The notes under the pieces: generated by a model
What the model saw: only the letters and a program-made list of their open reading frames with translations
Told to the model about the DNA's origin: nothing
Database searches by the model: none
Source: Nocardioides sp.
Lineage (GTDB): Bacteria; Actinomycetota; Actinomycetes; Propionibacteriales; Nocardioidaceae
NCBI GenBank assembly: GCA_051001655.1
Contig: JBPCND010000116.1
Span: forward strand, 1 to 44,569
Direction of reading: 5' to 3'
Length of the DNA: 44,569 bases
Program-made: the position numbers and the translations under genes
Shown: piece by piece, positions 1-9,820 of the stretch
Numbering within the stretch: position 1 is the stretch's first letter
Layout: each line of letters starts with the position of its first letter

Positions 1-614
1 GTCACGCGGGACAACAGCTCCCCGCGGGGCTGCCTGTCGAAGTAGCTCAGCGGCAGGCGGTTGACCTTGTGCTCGACGTCGTTGCGCAGGTGGCGTACGG
101 CGCTCTGCACCACGTCGTTGAGGAGGAACCCCTGCAGCCAGGCCAGGGTCGCCGCGGCGACGTACACCCCGAGCACGAGGAGCAGGATCCGTCCGACTGC
201 GTCGAAGTCGACTCCCTGGCCGGGCACGACGTCCATCGCGGAGAGCATGTCGGCGAGCTGGCCCTCCCCCGAGGCTCGCAGCGACTCGACCGCCTCCGCC
301 TCGGTCGTGCCCTCGAGACGTCGGCCGAAGATGCCGGCGAAGATCAGGTCCGTCGCCTGCCCCAGCAGCCGGGGGCCGAGGACGCTCAGCCCGACACTGA
401 CCACGGCGAGCACCAGGACGGCCGCCACCTTCAGTCGGTGAGGCCGCAGGCGACCCAGCAGTCGTCGTGCAGAGGGCCCGAAGTCCATGGACTTCTGGCC
501 GACCATGCCGCCACCGAACGGGCCCCGGCCGGGACCGGGGCCGGCCTGGACCCGCTCGGTCTCCTTCAGGACGCCGTCCCTGTGGTTGCCATCGTCGAGA
601 CCCTCGTCGTTCAT
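1..614 (-). CDS. ABC exporter fused permease/ATP-binding subunit (TM288/EfrB-like), 5' part only; runs off window
   Basis: Not in the ORF track. Manual translation from ATG 614 (ATGA overlap with the upstream stop): MNDEG...KSMDFGPSARRLLGRLRP...LGPRLLGQATDLIF...KVNRLPLSYFDRQPRGELLSRVT, a typical ABC TMD N-terminus. Confidence 0.9.
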   Translation of the reverse strand, partial: MNDEGLDDGNHRDGVLKETERVQAGPGPGRGPFGGGMVGQKSMDFGPSARRLLGRLRPHRLKVAAVLVLAVVSVGLSVLGPRLLGQATDLIFAGIFGRRLEGTTEAEAVESLRASGEGQLADMLSAMDVVPGQGVDFDAVGRILLLVLGVYVAAATLAWLQGFLLNDVVQSAVRHLRNDVEHKVNRLPLSYFDRQPRGELLSRV

Positions 615-2353
615 GCGGCCTCCTCCGGGGTGAGCTGGGACTCGACGATCTCCTGGTAGGTCTGACAGGTGTCCAGCAGCTCGGCATGCGTGCCCCGGCC
701 CACGACGGCGCCGTCCTCAAGGACCAGGATCTCGTCAGCGCCGCGAATGCTCGAGACACGCTGAGCGACGAGGACGACGGCGGCTTCGGTCGTGACCGAC
801 GCGAGGGCCGACCGGAGCCGGGCCTCGGTGGCGAGGTCGAGCGCGGAGAAGGCGTCGTCGAGCAGGTAGATCTCGGGCTGCCTGATCACCGCCCGCGCGA
901 TGGACAGTCGTTGCCGCTGACCGCCCGAGACGTTCGACCCTCCCTGGGTGATCTGCGCCTCGAGGCGCCCGGTCATCGCCTCGACGAAGTCCCGTGCCTG
1001 GGCGATCTCGAGGGCTTCCCACATCTCATCCTCGGTCGCGTCGGGTTTGCCGTATCGGAGGTTGTCGGCCACCGATCCCGAGAAGAGGAAAGCCTTCTGC
1101 GGCACGAGCCCGATCCGTCCCCAGAGCAGCTCCGGGTCGAGCCGTCGTACGTCGACGCCGTCCACCGTCACCTCGCCGGCGGTCACGTCGAAGAGCCGCG
1201 GCACCAGGTTGAGCAGCGTGGTCTTGCCGGCGCCGGTGGACCCGATCACCGCGAGCGTCTGACCGGGCCGGGCGACCAGGTCGAGACCGCGGAGGACCGG
1301 CGCCTCGGCCCCGGGATAGCTGAAGGTGACCCCGCGCATCACGAGCTCACCGTGCCCGGTCCTGTCGCCGACAGCGCGGACCGGGTCGGTCGGGGGTACG
1401 ACGGAGGACCTGGTCGAGAGCACCTCGACGATCCGGTCGGCGCAGACAGCCGCGCGCGGCACCATCATCAGCATGAAGCTCGCCATCATCACCGCCATCA
1501 GGATCTGGACCAGGTAGGCGAGGAAGGCGGTCAGGGCCCCGACCTGCATGGAGCCGTCATCGACCCGGTGGCCTCCGAACCACAGCACGGCCACCGACGA
1601 CACGTTGAGGATCAGCATCACCGTCGGGAACATCGTCGCCATCCAGCGGCCGGTGCTCAGCGCGACGTCGCTGAGCTCGTCGTTGGCCCGGCCGAACCGC
1701 GCGGCCTCGACGGGCTCGCGGACGAAGGCCCGGACGACTCGGATGCCGGTGATCTGTTCGCGCAGCACCCGGTTGACGACGTCTATCCGGGTCTGCATCA
1801 ACCGGAACCCCGGCACCATGCGCGAGGCGATGAAGCCCACCGCGAGGAACAGCACCGGGACGGAGGCAGCCACCAGCCATGACAGGCCGACGTCCTCGCG
1901 GACAGCCATCAGGACGCCGCCGACCATCATGATCGGCGCGGTGACCATCATCGTGAAGGTCATCAGCACCAGCATGCCGACCTGCTGGACGTCGTTGGTG
2001 TTGCGGGTGATCAGCGACGGTGCGCCGAAGTGGGCGAGCTCGCGGCTGGAGAACGACCCGACCTGGGCGAACACGGCGGCGCGGAGGTCCCGGGCGACGG
2101 ACATCGCGGTCCGTGCACCGACGTACACAGCGCCGACGCTGCAGACGATCTGAACCAGCGAGACGAGCAACATGACGCCGCCGAGCCGGGTGATGTAGCC
2201 GGTGTCGCCCCGAACCACGCCGTTGTCGATGATGTCGGCGTTGAGGCTCGGGAGATAGAGGGCGGCCATTGTCGCGAGGAACTGGAGCGCGACGATGACG
2301 GCGATCTCCCGGCGGTACGGCGCCAAGTACTCACGCAGCAGTCGGATCAGCAC
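611..2353 (-). CDS. ABC exporter fused permease/ATP-binding subunit (TM287/EfrA-like)
   Basis: TMD followed by Walker A GSTGAGKT, signature VSGGQRQR, degenerate Walker B YLLDD and AQR switch. GTG start at 2353 preceded by GGAAGGAGG. Confidence 0.93.
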   Translation of the reverse strand: MLIRLLREYLAPYRREIAVIVALQFLATMAALYLPSLNADIIDNGVVRGDTGYITRLGGVMLLVSLVQIVCSVGAVYVGARTAMSVARDLRAAVFAQVGSFSSRELAHFGAPSLITRNTNDVQQVGMLVLMTFTMMVTAPIMMVGGVLMAVREDVGLSWLVAASVPVLFLAVGFIASRMVPGFRLMQTRIDVVNRVLREQITGIRVVRAFVREPVEAARFGRANDELSDVALSTGRWMATMFPTVMLILNVSSVAVLWFGGHRVDDGSMQVGALTAFLAYLVQILMAVMMASFMLMMVPRAAVCADRIVEVLSTRSSVVPPTDPVRAVGDRTGHGELVMRGVTFSYPGAEAPVLRGLDLVARPGQTLAVIGSTGAGKTTLLNLVPRLFDVTAGEVTVDGVDVRRLDPELLWGRIGLVPQKAFLFSGSVADNLRYGKPDATEDEMWEALEIAQARDFVEAMTGRLEAQITQGGSNVSGGQRQRLSIARAVIRQPEIYLLDDAFSALDLATEARLRSALASVTTEAAVVLVAQRVSSIRGADEILVLEDGAVVGRGTHAELLDTCQTYQEIVESQLTPEEAA

Positions 2354-2354
2354 G

Positions 2355-3026
2355 TCATGCCCTCCTTCCACGTCCGGCGCTATGACCGGTCCCGTGACCG
2401 GCGCGTCCCGGTCGGATGCCTCGCAGCAGCACGTCGGCAACTTCCACGGAGCTGAGTCTGTCCTCGGGACGGCACCCGGGATGTCGCGAGCCGAGCACCA
2501 GCGTGCGGAGGAGCAGGGCTGCCCGTTCCGGTGGCACGGTCAGCTCGTCGCGGTGCGGCTCGAAGACCTCGGTGAGTCTCTGCAGGAGCGCGGCATGGGC
2601 CTCGACCACGAAGGCCGGCGGTCCGTGCCGATGCCCTTTGCCGCCGGACTCACGGCGTGCCTCTTGGATGGCCCACACCTTGCGCAGCGACATCATGACG
2701 GACATCACCTGCTCCGAGCGTGCGAACATCCGCTCGGCGGTGAGCCGGACCTTGTCGTGCAGGTCGTCGACACCCGCCAACGCGGCCAGCAGGTCGTCCC
2801 GTCCGGACGAGGGGTTGAGTGTCTCGGCGGCGGCGGCCATCAGCAATGCGTTCTTGTCGGGGAACACCCCGAAGATCGTCCCCTCGGCGATCCCTGCCGC
2901 GTCGGCGATCTGGCGGGTGCTGATCGCGTCGCCGTGCTCGATGAGCAGCGGGATGACGGCGTCGATGATGGCCCGTCGACGGTCGTCCGGACTCATCGGT
3001 GCTGCCCGCCTGCTTCGTCCGGCCAT
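2355..3026 (-). CDS. TetR/AcrR family transcriptional regulator
   Basis: HTH segment ISTRQIADAAGIAEGTIFGVFPDK in the C-terminal part of ORF 2355..3449; ATG at 3026; first gene of the exporter operon. Confidence 0.9.
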   Translation of the reverse strand: MAGRSRRAAPMSPDDRRRAIIDAVIPLLIEHGDAISTRQIADAAGIAEGTIFGVFPDKNALLMAAAAETLNPSSGRDDLLAALAGVDDLHDKVRLTAERMFARSEQVMSVMMSLRKVWAIQEARRESGGKGHRHGPPAFVVEAHAALLQRLTEVFEPHRDELTVPPERAALLLRTLVLGSRHPGCRPEDRLSSVEVADVLLRGIRPGRAGHGTGHSAGRGRRA

Positions 3027-3038
3027 CGCCCCAGGATA

Positions 3039-3060
3039 GATGAGTGAGCGCTCACTCATC
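3039..3060. promoter_or_regulatory. Perfect 22-bp palindrome GATGAGTGAGCGCTCACTCATC, likely TetR operator
   Basis: Exact inverted repeat 12 bp upstream of the TetR start codon. Confidence 0.8.
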
Positions 3061-3076
3061 AGTCGGTCGGCAGTGG

Positions 3077-3757
3077 TCAGGGCGCAAGCCGTTCCACGAC
3101 CCACCCCTGGCCGGAACCGGGGACCGAGCCTCTCGAGATGCGCCGATAGCGCAGCCGGTCGTGCATCCGGCCCCTCCGGCCCTGCCAGAACTCCACGGCC
3201 TCCGGTGCCACCCGGAAGCCACCCCATTCCGGCGGCAACGGCACGTCGCCGCCTTCCGCGAACCGTGTGGAGGCGGCGTCGTACCTCGTGTCGAGCTCGG
3301 CGCGCGAACCGACCACCCGCGACTGCGGTGAAGCCCAGGCTCCGACCTGTGAGTCGCGTGGCCGGGTCCCGAAGTAGCGGGCGTTCTCGTCCTTGGTCAG
3401 CGCGGTGGCTCGTCCGTCGACCCGCACCTGGCGCTCGAGGTCGTGCCACGGGAACAGGAGGGCGCAGGCCGGGTTCGAGACGAGCTCAGTGCCCTTGCGC
3501 GATGCGTAGTTGGTGAAGAACACGAACCCCCGGTCGTCGAGGCCCTTGAGCAGCACGAGCCGTGCCGACGGCGTACCGTCCGGGGACGCGGTCGCCACGA
3601 CCATCGCGTTCGGCTCGTGCAGTCCGGCAGTGGTCGCATCGTCGAGCCAGCGCCGGAACATCGTCACCGGATCGAGCGCCAGACCGTCCTCGTCGAGACC
3701 TCCGGCGGCGTACTCGCGGCGCAGGTCTGCCAGCTCTGGCAGGTCATGGTCACTCAC
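3077..3757 (-). CDS. pdxH: Pyridoxamine 5'-phosphate oxidase
   Basis: LRREY, RLVLLK, FFTNYASRKG, RQVRVDG, SQVGAWASPQS, EFWQGRRGRMHDR, ERLAP motifs. Confidence 0.97.
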   Translation of the reverse strand: MSDHDLPELADLRREYAAGGLDEDGLALDPVTMFRRWLDDATTAGLHEPNAMVVATASPDGTPSARLVLLKGLDDRGFVFFTNYASRKGTELVSNPACALLFPWHDLERQVRVDGRATALTKDENARYFGTRPRDSQVGAWASPQSRVVGSRAELDTRYDAASTRFAEGGDVPLPPEWGGFRVAPEAVEFWQGRRGRMHDRLRYRRISRGSVPGSGQGWVVERLAP

Positions 3758-3917
3758 TCCTCAAATCTAGTCCGACCTTTCGAGCCCATCCCTGCGGCCC
3801 GAAGGTGACGACCGGCATCACCTGGGGGCAGAATGACGGGGTTTGGCATCAACCGAGCTTCGATCGGTGGGACCGACAGCACCGGCAGCACTCATGGCAC
3901 CGAGAAGGGAGACGCTC

Positions 3918-5027
3918 ATGACGGAGGTCCAGCACGGTCTGGAGGGCGTGATCGCATTCGAGACGGAGATCGCCGAGCCCGACAAGGAGGGTTCCGCGCT
4001 GCGCTACCGCGGCGTCGACATCGAGGAGCTGGTCGGACGCGTCCCCTTCGAGAAGGTGTGGGGACTGCTGGTCGACGGCTCCTACGATCCCGGGCTGCCC
4101 CCCGCTGAGCCGCTCCCGATCCCGGTGCACTCCGGCGACATCCGGGTCGACGTGCAGAGCGCGATCGCCATGCTGGCGCCGATGTGGGGCATGCAGGTCA
4201 CCTACGACATCGAGGAGGCACAGGTCCGAGAGGACCTCGGCCGTGCGGCTGTGATGGTGCTGTCGTACGTCGCCCAGGCCGCCCGTGGCGTCGGCCAGCC
4301 GATGATCCCGCAGACCGAGGTCGACAAGGCCCACACCCTGGCCGAGCGGTTCATGATCCGCTGGAAGGGCGAGCCGGATCCCAAGCACATCAAGGCCGTC
4401 GACGCCTACTGGGCCTCGGCCGCCGAGCACGGCATGAACGCGTCCACGTTCACCGCCAGGGTCGTCACCTCCACCGGCGCGGATGTCGGCGCCGCCCTCT
4501 CCGCAGCCGTCGGCGCGATGAGCGGACCCCTGCACGGTGGTGCTCCGTCACGAGTGCTCGGCATGATCAACGAGGTGGAGAGGCGCGGCGACGCCCGCGG
4601 CTACGTGAAGGAGCTGCTGGACAACAAGGAACGGTTGATGGGCTTCGGGCACCGGGTCTACCGGGCCGAGGACCCGCGTGCCCGCGTGCTGCGCCGCACC
4701 GCCCAGGAGCTGACGGCGCCGCGCTACGAAGTGGCGGAGGCACTCGAGAAGGCCGCCCTGGCTGAGCTGAAGGAGCGCCGGCCGGACCGTGTCCTGGAGA
4801 CCAACGTGGAGTTCTGGGCCGCGATCGTCCTGGACTTCGCCGAGGTGCCGCCGCACATGTTCACCTCGATGTTCACCTGTGCGCGGACGGCCGGCTGGTC
4901 GGCCCACATCCTCGAGCAGAAGCGCACAGGTCGGCTGATCCGGCCGTCCGCGATCTACACCGGTCCGCCCGAACGCAAGGCCGACGAGGTCCCCGGTTGG
5001 GACCAGGCGTGGGGTTCCGCCACCTGA
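3918..5027 (+). CDS. citA: Citrate synthase 2 (actinobacterial CitA type)
   Basis: GLEGVIAFET, AEHGMNASTF, GPLHGGA, GFGHRVY, ETNVEFW motifs. ATG 3918 with AAGGGAG RBS; divergent from pdxH. Confidence 0.95.
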   Translation: MTEVQHGLEGVIAFETEIAEPDKEGSALRYRGVDIEELVGRVPFEKVWGLLVDGSYDPGLPPAEPLPIPVHSGDIRVDVQSAIAMLAPMWGMQVTYDIEEAQVREDLGRAAVMVLSYVAQAARGVGQPMIPQTEVDKAHTLAERFMIRWKGEPDPKHIKAVDAYWASAAEHGMNASTFTARVVTSTGADVGAALSAAVGAMSGPLHGGAPSRVLGMINEVERRGDARGYVKELLDNKERLMGFGHRVYRAEDPRARVLRRTAQELTAPRYEVAEALEKAALAELKERRPDRVLETNVEFWAAIVLDFAEVPPHMFTSMFTCARTAGWSAHILEQKRTGRLIRPSAIYTGPPERKADEVPGWDQAWGSAT

Positions 5028-5039
5028 CCCGCCTGCCCT

Positions 5040-5122
5040 GCCGAGTCGGCGCCTCTGCACGCCCGCATCCGGCCGAGTCGGCGCCTCTGCACGCCCGCAT
5101 CCGGCCGAGTGGGCGCCTCTGC
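5040..5122 (+). repeat. 32-bp tandem repeat (2 exact copies plus a partial copy), head GCCGAGTCGGCGCCTCTGCAC
   Basis: Units at 5040, 5072 and 5104 read directly; just downstream of the citA stop. Confidence 0.9.
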
Positions 5123-5397
5123 CCGCTCGGGGTCAACGCCTGGTTGGCCTGAGAGCGAGTCCAGGTCAAGACTGAGCGAGCGGCCCTGTAGCAGCTCAGC
5201 CCTGGTGACGGACTCGCCGACATCACCCGGGGCAGGTCGTGGCCGCGGACTGGCCCCAGATAGGTGGATCCCGCCGGCACGCCCGTGGCTTGCGCCGCGG
5301 TTGCTGATCATCGCGTTGGCGACCTTGGTGTTGTTCTGCTCACTCCACGCTCGAGCTTCCGGACCCATCCGTGCGACGAGCGCTGCCTCGTGCTCAG

Positions 5398-5820
5398 TCA
5401 GTCCTGAGCGGTCTCGGCGTACTGGGCGAGGATCAGCGCCCAGTCGCCGAACTTGTCGCGGTAGGCCGCGTTGCCCTCGTGCCAGCCTCCGTGTTGCAGG
5501 CGCACCTCGCAGCCGTTCCCGGTCGGAGTGAAGGTCACGGTCAGCGAGCTGGGGTGCTCAGGGTCCTGCGCCAGAGTCCAGGTCTGGGCGTACATCTCGT
5601 CCGGTCGCCACGAGGTGACCTCGCCGAAGTCGTGCTCGGCCGCGTCCACCATCCGAATGAACACCCGGCCACCGATCACCGGCTCGATCACGACGGTGTC
5701 CAGCGTGTCGGGATCGGGGCTGTACGACGGCGGCCACCACTCGCCGATCCGCCCGGTGAAGACGTCGAACGCTGTCGCCGACGTACACGTCACGGTCACC
5801 GTCTCGGTGATGGGCTCCAT
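5398..5820 (-). CDS. SRPBCC/AHSA1 (START-like) domain protein
   Basis: AFDVFTGRIGEWWP...EPVIGGRV...GEVTSWRP...TVTFTP...VRLQHGGW...GDWALIL. ATG at 5820. Confidence 0.85.
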   Translation of the reverse strand: MEPITETVTVTCTSATAFDVFTGRIGEWWPPSYSPDPDTLDTVVIEPVIGGRVFIRMVDAAEHDFGEVTSWRPDEMYAQTWTLAQDPEHPSSLTVTFTPTGNGCEVRLQHGGWHEGNAAYRDKFGDWALILAQYAETAQD

Positions 5821-5840
5821 GCTCCGGAGTCTGCCACGCC

Positions 5841-5861
5841 GCAGAGTCGGCGCGTCCACAC
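5841..5861 (+). repeat. Single degenerate copy of the GCCGAGTCGGCGC repeat
   Basis: GCAGAGTCGGCGCGTCCACAC resembles the head of the 5040 and 28095 units. Confidence 0.6.
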
Positions 5862-5962
5862 GCTCGGGATCGCCCAAGAACCGCGGGATCGGATGCAACC
5901 TGCGCCGTAGCCGTCATCCTCTCGGGCGGCGTCGCGTTGGCGTGCGGCAGACCGTGCTCGCT

Positions 5963-6847
5963 TCAGCTGCTCTGGAGGATCTCTCGCATCAGCTGCGCGG
6001 TCGCCGACGGCGTCTTGCCGACCTTGACCCCGACAGCCTCGAGAGCCTCCTGCTTGGCCTGTGCGGTGCCTGACGAGCCGGACACGATCGCACCCGCATG
6101 GCCCATCGTCTTGCCTTCCGGCGCGGTGAAGCCGGCGACGTACCCCACGACGGGCTTGGTCACGTTGTCCTTGATGTAGTCGGCCGCACGCTCTTCGGCG
6201 TCGCCACCGATCTCACCGATCATCACGATCGCGTCGGTGTCCGGGTCCTCCTCGAACGCTTTCAGGCAGTCGATGTGGGTGGTGCCGACGATCGGGTCGC
6301 CGCCGATGCCGACCGCGGAGGAGAAGCCGAAGTCATTCAGCTCGTACATCATCTGATAGGTGAGCGTGCCCGACTTCGACACGAGGCCGACCCGGCCCGC
6401 CTTGGTGATGTTGGCGGGGATGATGCCGGCGTTGGACTTGCCGGGGCTGATCAGACCGGGACAGTTCGGGCCGATGATCCGCGTCGTGCCCCTGGCCTGG
6501 GCATAGGTGAAGAAGTCGGCCGTGTCGTGCACCGGGACACCCTCGGTGATGACGACCACCAGCGGCATTGCTGCATCGACCGCTTCGACGACCGCGCTCT
6601 TGGTGCCGGCCGGCGGCACGAAGACGACCGACACGTCGGCGCCGGTGTCCTTCACCGCCTCCTCGACCGACCCGAAGACCGGCACGGACGTCCCGTCGAA
6701 GTCGATGCTCTGACCGGCCTTCTTCGGGTTGACCCCACCGACCACCTGGGTGCCGGAGGCGATCATCCGACGCGTGTGCTTCTGCCCTTCGGAGCCGGTC
6801 ATGCCCTGGACGATGACCTTGGAGTTCTCATTCAGGAAGATAGACAT
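5963..6847 (-). CDS. sucD: Succinyl-CoA synthetase alpha subunit
   Basis: [36 protein letters not shown] phosphohistidine motif. Confidence 0.98.
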   Translation of the reverse strand: MSIFLNENSKVIVQGMTGSEGQKHTRRMIASGTQVVGGVNPKKAGQSIDFDGTSVPVFGSVEEAVKDTGADVSVVFVPPAGTKSAVVEAVDAAMPLVVVITEGVPVHDTADFFTYAQARGTTRIIGPNCPGLISPGKSNAGIIPANITKAGRVGLVSKSGTLTYQMMYELNDFGFSSAVGIGGDPIVGTTHIDCLKAFEEDPDTDAIVMIGEIGGDAEERAADYIKDNVTKPVVGYVAGFTAPEGKTMGHAGAIVSGSSGTAQAKQEALEAVGVKVGKTPSATAQLMREILQSS

Positions 6848-6861
6848 TGATCTTCAGCCCC

Positions 6862-8025
6862 TCACTTGCTCGCCAGCTCGGCAGCGCGGTCGGCTGCACC
6901 GTCCATCGTCTCCGCCAGCGTGACCAGCGGGTGGTCGGCCTCCTCGAGGATCAGTCGGCCCTCCTCGACGTTGTTGCCGTCGAGGCGTACGACGATCGGC
7001 TTGTTCGCCTCGTCGCCCAAAATCTCCAGCGCGTGCACGATTCCATTGGCGACGGCGTCACACGCGGTGATGCCACCGAACACGTTGACGAAGACGCTCT
7101 TGACCTGGCTGTCGTGCAGGATCACGTCGAGGCCGGCGGCCATCACCTCAGCCGAGGCGCCTCCGCCGATGTCGAGGAAGTTCCCCGGCTTCACACCGTT
7201 GTGGGCCCCGCCGGCGTAGGCCACCACGTCGAGCGTGGACATCACCAGGCCGGCACCGTTGCCGATGATGCCGACCTCGCCGTCGAGCTTGACGTAGTTG
7301 AGTCCCTTGGCCTTGGCCTTCGCCTCGAGCGGGTCAGCCGCGGCCTTGTCCTCGAACCTTGCGTGGTCCTCGTGCCGGAACCCGGCGTTCTCATCGAGGG
7401 TGACCTTGCCGTCGAGAGCCTCGAGATGGCCGTCGCCGAGCCGGACGAGAGGGTTCACCTCGACCAGGGAGGCGTCCTCCTTGATGAAGACGTCCCATAG
7501 CTTCTTGATCATGTCCCTGGCCTCGTCGGCGAGGTCCTGGGGGAACCGCGTCGCGGCCACGATCTCCGCCGCCTTCGCGTCGTCGACGCCGGTCTGCGGG
7601 TCGATCGACACCTTCGCGACGGCATCGGGGTTGGTGCGCGCGACCTCCTCGATCTCGACACCGCCCTCGATGCTCGCGATGCACAAGTAGTTGCGGTTGG
7701 CCCGGTCGACGAGGAAGGAGAAGTAGTACTCCTCCGCGATGTCCGCGGTGGGAGCGAGCAGGACCCGGTTGACCGTGTGGCCCTTGATGTCCATGCCGAG
7801 GATCTCCTTGGCGCGGACGACGGCTTCCTGGGGATCGGCCGCGAGCTTGACCCCCCCGGCCTTGCCGCGACCTCCCACCTTCACCTGGGCCTTCACGACG
7901 ACCTTCCCGCCCAACGCTTCGGCCGCGGCGGCGGCGTCCTCGGCCCTCTCCACGACGGTGCCGAGGGTGACTCGCACACCATGCTTCGCGAAGAGCTCCT
8001 TCGCCTGGTGTTCCATCAGATCCAC
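6862..8025 (-). CDS. sucC: Succinyl-CoA synthetase beta subunit
   Basis: (M)[56 protein letters not shown] at 8025. Confidence 0.97.
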   Translation of the reverse strand: MDLMEHQAKELFAKHGVRVTLGTVVERAEDAAAAAEALGGKVVVKAQVKVGGRGKAGGVKLAADPQEAVVRAKEILGMDIKGHTVNRVLLAPTADIAEEYYFSFLVDRANRNYLCIASIEGGVEIEEVARTNPDAVAKVSIDPQTGVDDAKAAEIVAATRFPQDLADEARDMIKKLWDVFIKEDASLVEVNPLVRLGDGHLEALDGKVTLDENAGFRHEDHARFEDKAAADPLEAKAKAKGLNYVKLDGEVGIIGNGAGLVMSTLDVVAYAGGAHNGVKPGNFLDIGGGASAEVMAAGLDVILHDSQVKSVFVNVFGGITACDAVANGIVHALEILGDEANKPIVVRLDGNNVEEGRLILEEADHPLVTLAETMDGAADRAAELASK

Positions 8026-8089
8026 AGGTCTACCCCTTCGTCTGTTCCGGTGCACGGCCGACACTAGCCCTGTCGCCCGGCGTTCCTCC

Positions 8090-8947
8090 ATGTCGGCCCT
8101 GGAGACCCCACCACTGAGCCAACAGGTACCCCACGACACCGCGAGGGACACTGGCACCGTGTTCGGCTCCTTGGCTCCCGCTCGTCGCCGCTTCGTCCTC
8201 CTCGGTCTCGGCGTGGTCCTCGCGATCCTGGTGCTCGGCTCGGGTGTCATGGTCGTGCGACTGAGCCGGGACGTCAGTCCCGTCCCGCAGGACGTGCCGG
8301 GTCCGGTGATCCTCGTTGCGGGGTACGGCGGCTCGGTGCGCTCCCTCGAACCGCTCCAACGGGTGCTGACGTCCGCCGGGCGCGATGTCGTGGTGATGGA
8401 CGCCGTGGCCGATGGCACCGGTGACATCGCGACGCAGGCCAAGGCACTCGCTGCCACGGCCGAGGATGCGCTCGAACGCTTCGACGCGGCCTCGGTGGAT
8501 GTGGTGGGCTACTCAGCGGGAGGCGTCGTCGCCCGGTCCTGGGTCCGCGACCACGGTGGTGACGCCATGGCCCGGCGGGTGCTCAGCATCGGCTCTCCCC
8601 AGCACGGCACCACGGTCGCGGAGGTGGCAGCCGGGACCTTCGGCGACTGCCCGGTTGCCTGCCGGCAGCTCACGCCTGACAGTGACTTCCTGCGTGCCTT
8701 GAACGCCGGTGACGAGACGCCGGACGGTCCGAGATTCATCTCGATCTGGTCCACGTCCGACGACGTCGTGCTACCGGTCGACTCCGCACGGCTGGAAGGC
8801 GCCTTGAACTTCACCGTCCAGTCGACCTGCCCGCAGGCCCGCACCGGCCACGGAGCCCTTCCCGGTGACGGGTTCGTGATCGCCTCCCTCGGCACGGTGC
8901 TGTCGGCCGGTCCGCCTCGCCCACCCGTCGAGAGCGTCTGCGACTGA
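8090..8947 (+). CDS. Membrane-anchored/secreted lipase (alpha/beta hydrolase)
   Basis: N-terminal TM helix, [10 protein letters not shown] oxyanion region, GYSAG nucleophile elbow, GSPQHGT, DDVV, late His. Confidence 0.85.
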   Translation: MSALETPPLSQQVPHDTARDTGTVFGSLAPARRRFVLLGLGVVLAILVLGSGVMVVRLSRDVSPVPQDVPGPVILVAGYGGSVRSLEPLQRVLTSAGRDVVVMDAVADGTGDIATQAKALAATAEDALERFDAASVDVVGYSAGGVVARSWVRDHGGDAMARRVLSIGSPQHGTTVAEVAAGTFGDCPVACRQLTPDSDFLRALNAGDETPDGPRFISIWSTSDDVVLPVDSARLEGALNFTVQSTCPQARTGHGALPGDGFVIASLGTVLSAGPPRPPVESVCD

Positions 8948-9004
8948 GGGTGCTCGCGGACGTCGGCTGACGAACAGCGGGGCCGGTGAGGTCAGGAGGT
9001 GAGG

Positions 9005-9820
9005 TCACGAGGTGATGTCCTTGGTGGCGAAGTTCGCCCATGCCGCGCCGAGGAACACCACGACGTAGGCCCCCTGGAGAAGCACTCCTCGCACCAGGTC
9101 TCGCCACAGGATCGGGTCACGGAACAGATCCACGAACGCCAGCCAGTAGCGGGTCGGCAGGTAGGGCTGGAGGGTCGCGGCCGCGTCGAGGGTCAACAGC
9201 AGCGTGGAGGCGATGAGGAACGCCAGCGCACCGAGTGCGGCCCCGAGGGGTGAGTCGGTCACCGTCGAGAGCAGCAGCGCCAAGCCCGCGACGCCCAGCA
9301 TCGACATGGTCACGTAGCCGACCGACATCAGGGTCCGTTCCACGATCTGCATCGGCGTGAGCGTGCTCCCGGAAAGACCCGTGACCAGCCCGGTCGCGTC
9401 GCCCTGACCCAGCAGCACCCGCCCGACGACGTACCCGAAGGCAGCCACGATGACGACCGCGAGCAGGACGAAGGCCACGACGCTGACGAGCTTCGCCACG
9501 AGCAGGCTGGTGCGGCCGACGGGACGCACCAGCATGTACCTCAAGGTCCCCGACTGGGCCTCCCCCGCGATCGCGTCGCCGGCCACCACAGCGACCGCCA
9601 CCGGCATGAACAGGGGCAGGACGACGGCCAGCGCCGCCAGCGGGAACAGGGTGCCGTCGCTCAGGACCGCCGACAGGAAGGCCGGGCCCTCACCCGGCTG
9701 GGGCCCGATGTCGGTCACCGCGAGCAGCACCGCCACCAGCGTCGGGAGTGCGTTGAGCATCGCGATGACGATCCAGGTGCGTGGCCGCCGCAGCATCTTC
9801 ACCAGCTCGACCCCGATCAC
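9005..9820 (-). CDS. ABC-2 type transporter permease
   Basis: Multiple TM helices; GDAIAGEAQSGTLRYMLVRPVGR..LLVAK motif. Confidence 0.88.
   Translation of the reverse strand: MIGVELVKMLRRPRTWIVIAMLNALPTLVAVLLAVTDIGPQPGEGPAFLSAVLSDGTLFPLAALAVVLPLFMPVAVAVVAGDAIAGEAQSGTLRYMLVRPVGRTSLLVAKLVSVVAFVLLAVVIVAAFGYVVGRVLLGQGDATGLVTGLSGSTLTPMQIVERTLMSVGYVTMSMLGVAGLALLLSTVTDSPLGAALGALAFLIASTLLLTLDAAATLQPYLPTRYWLAFVDLFRDPILWRDLVRGVLLQGAYVVVFLGAAWANFATKDITS

Noticed and set aside
3803-3823. AGGTGA-N9-TCACCT as a CRP/GlxR site upstream of citA
   Set aside because: The spacer is 9 rather than 6 nt; it may bind another regulator but this cannot be supported.
5040-5122. Possible mini-CRISPR array
   Set aside because: Linkers are only 11 bp and identical within the cluster, there are fewer than three full units, and no cas genes are present.
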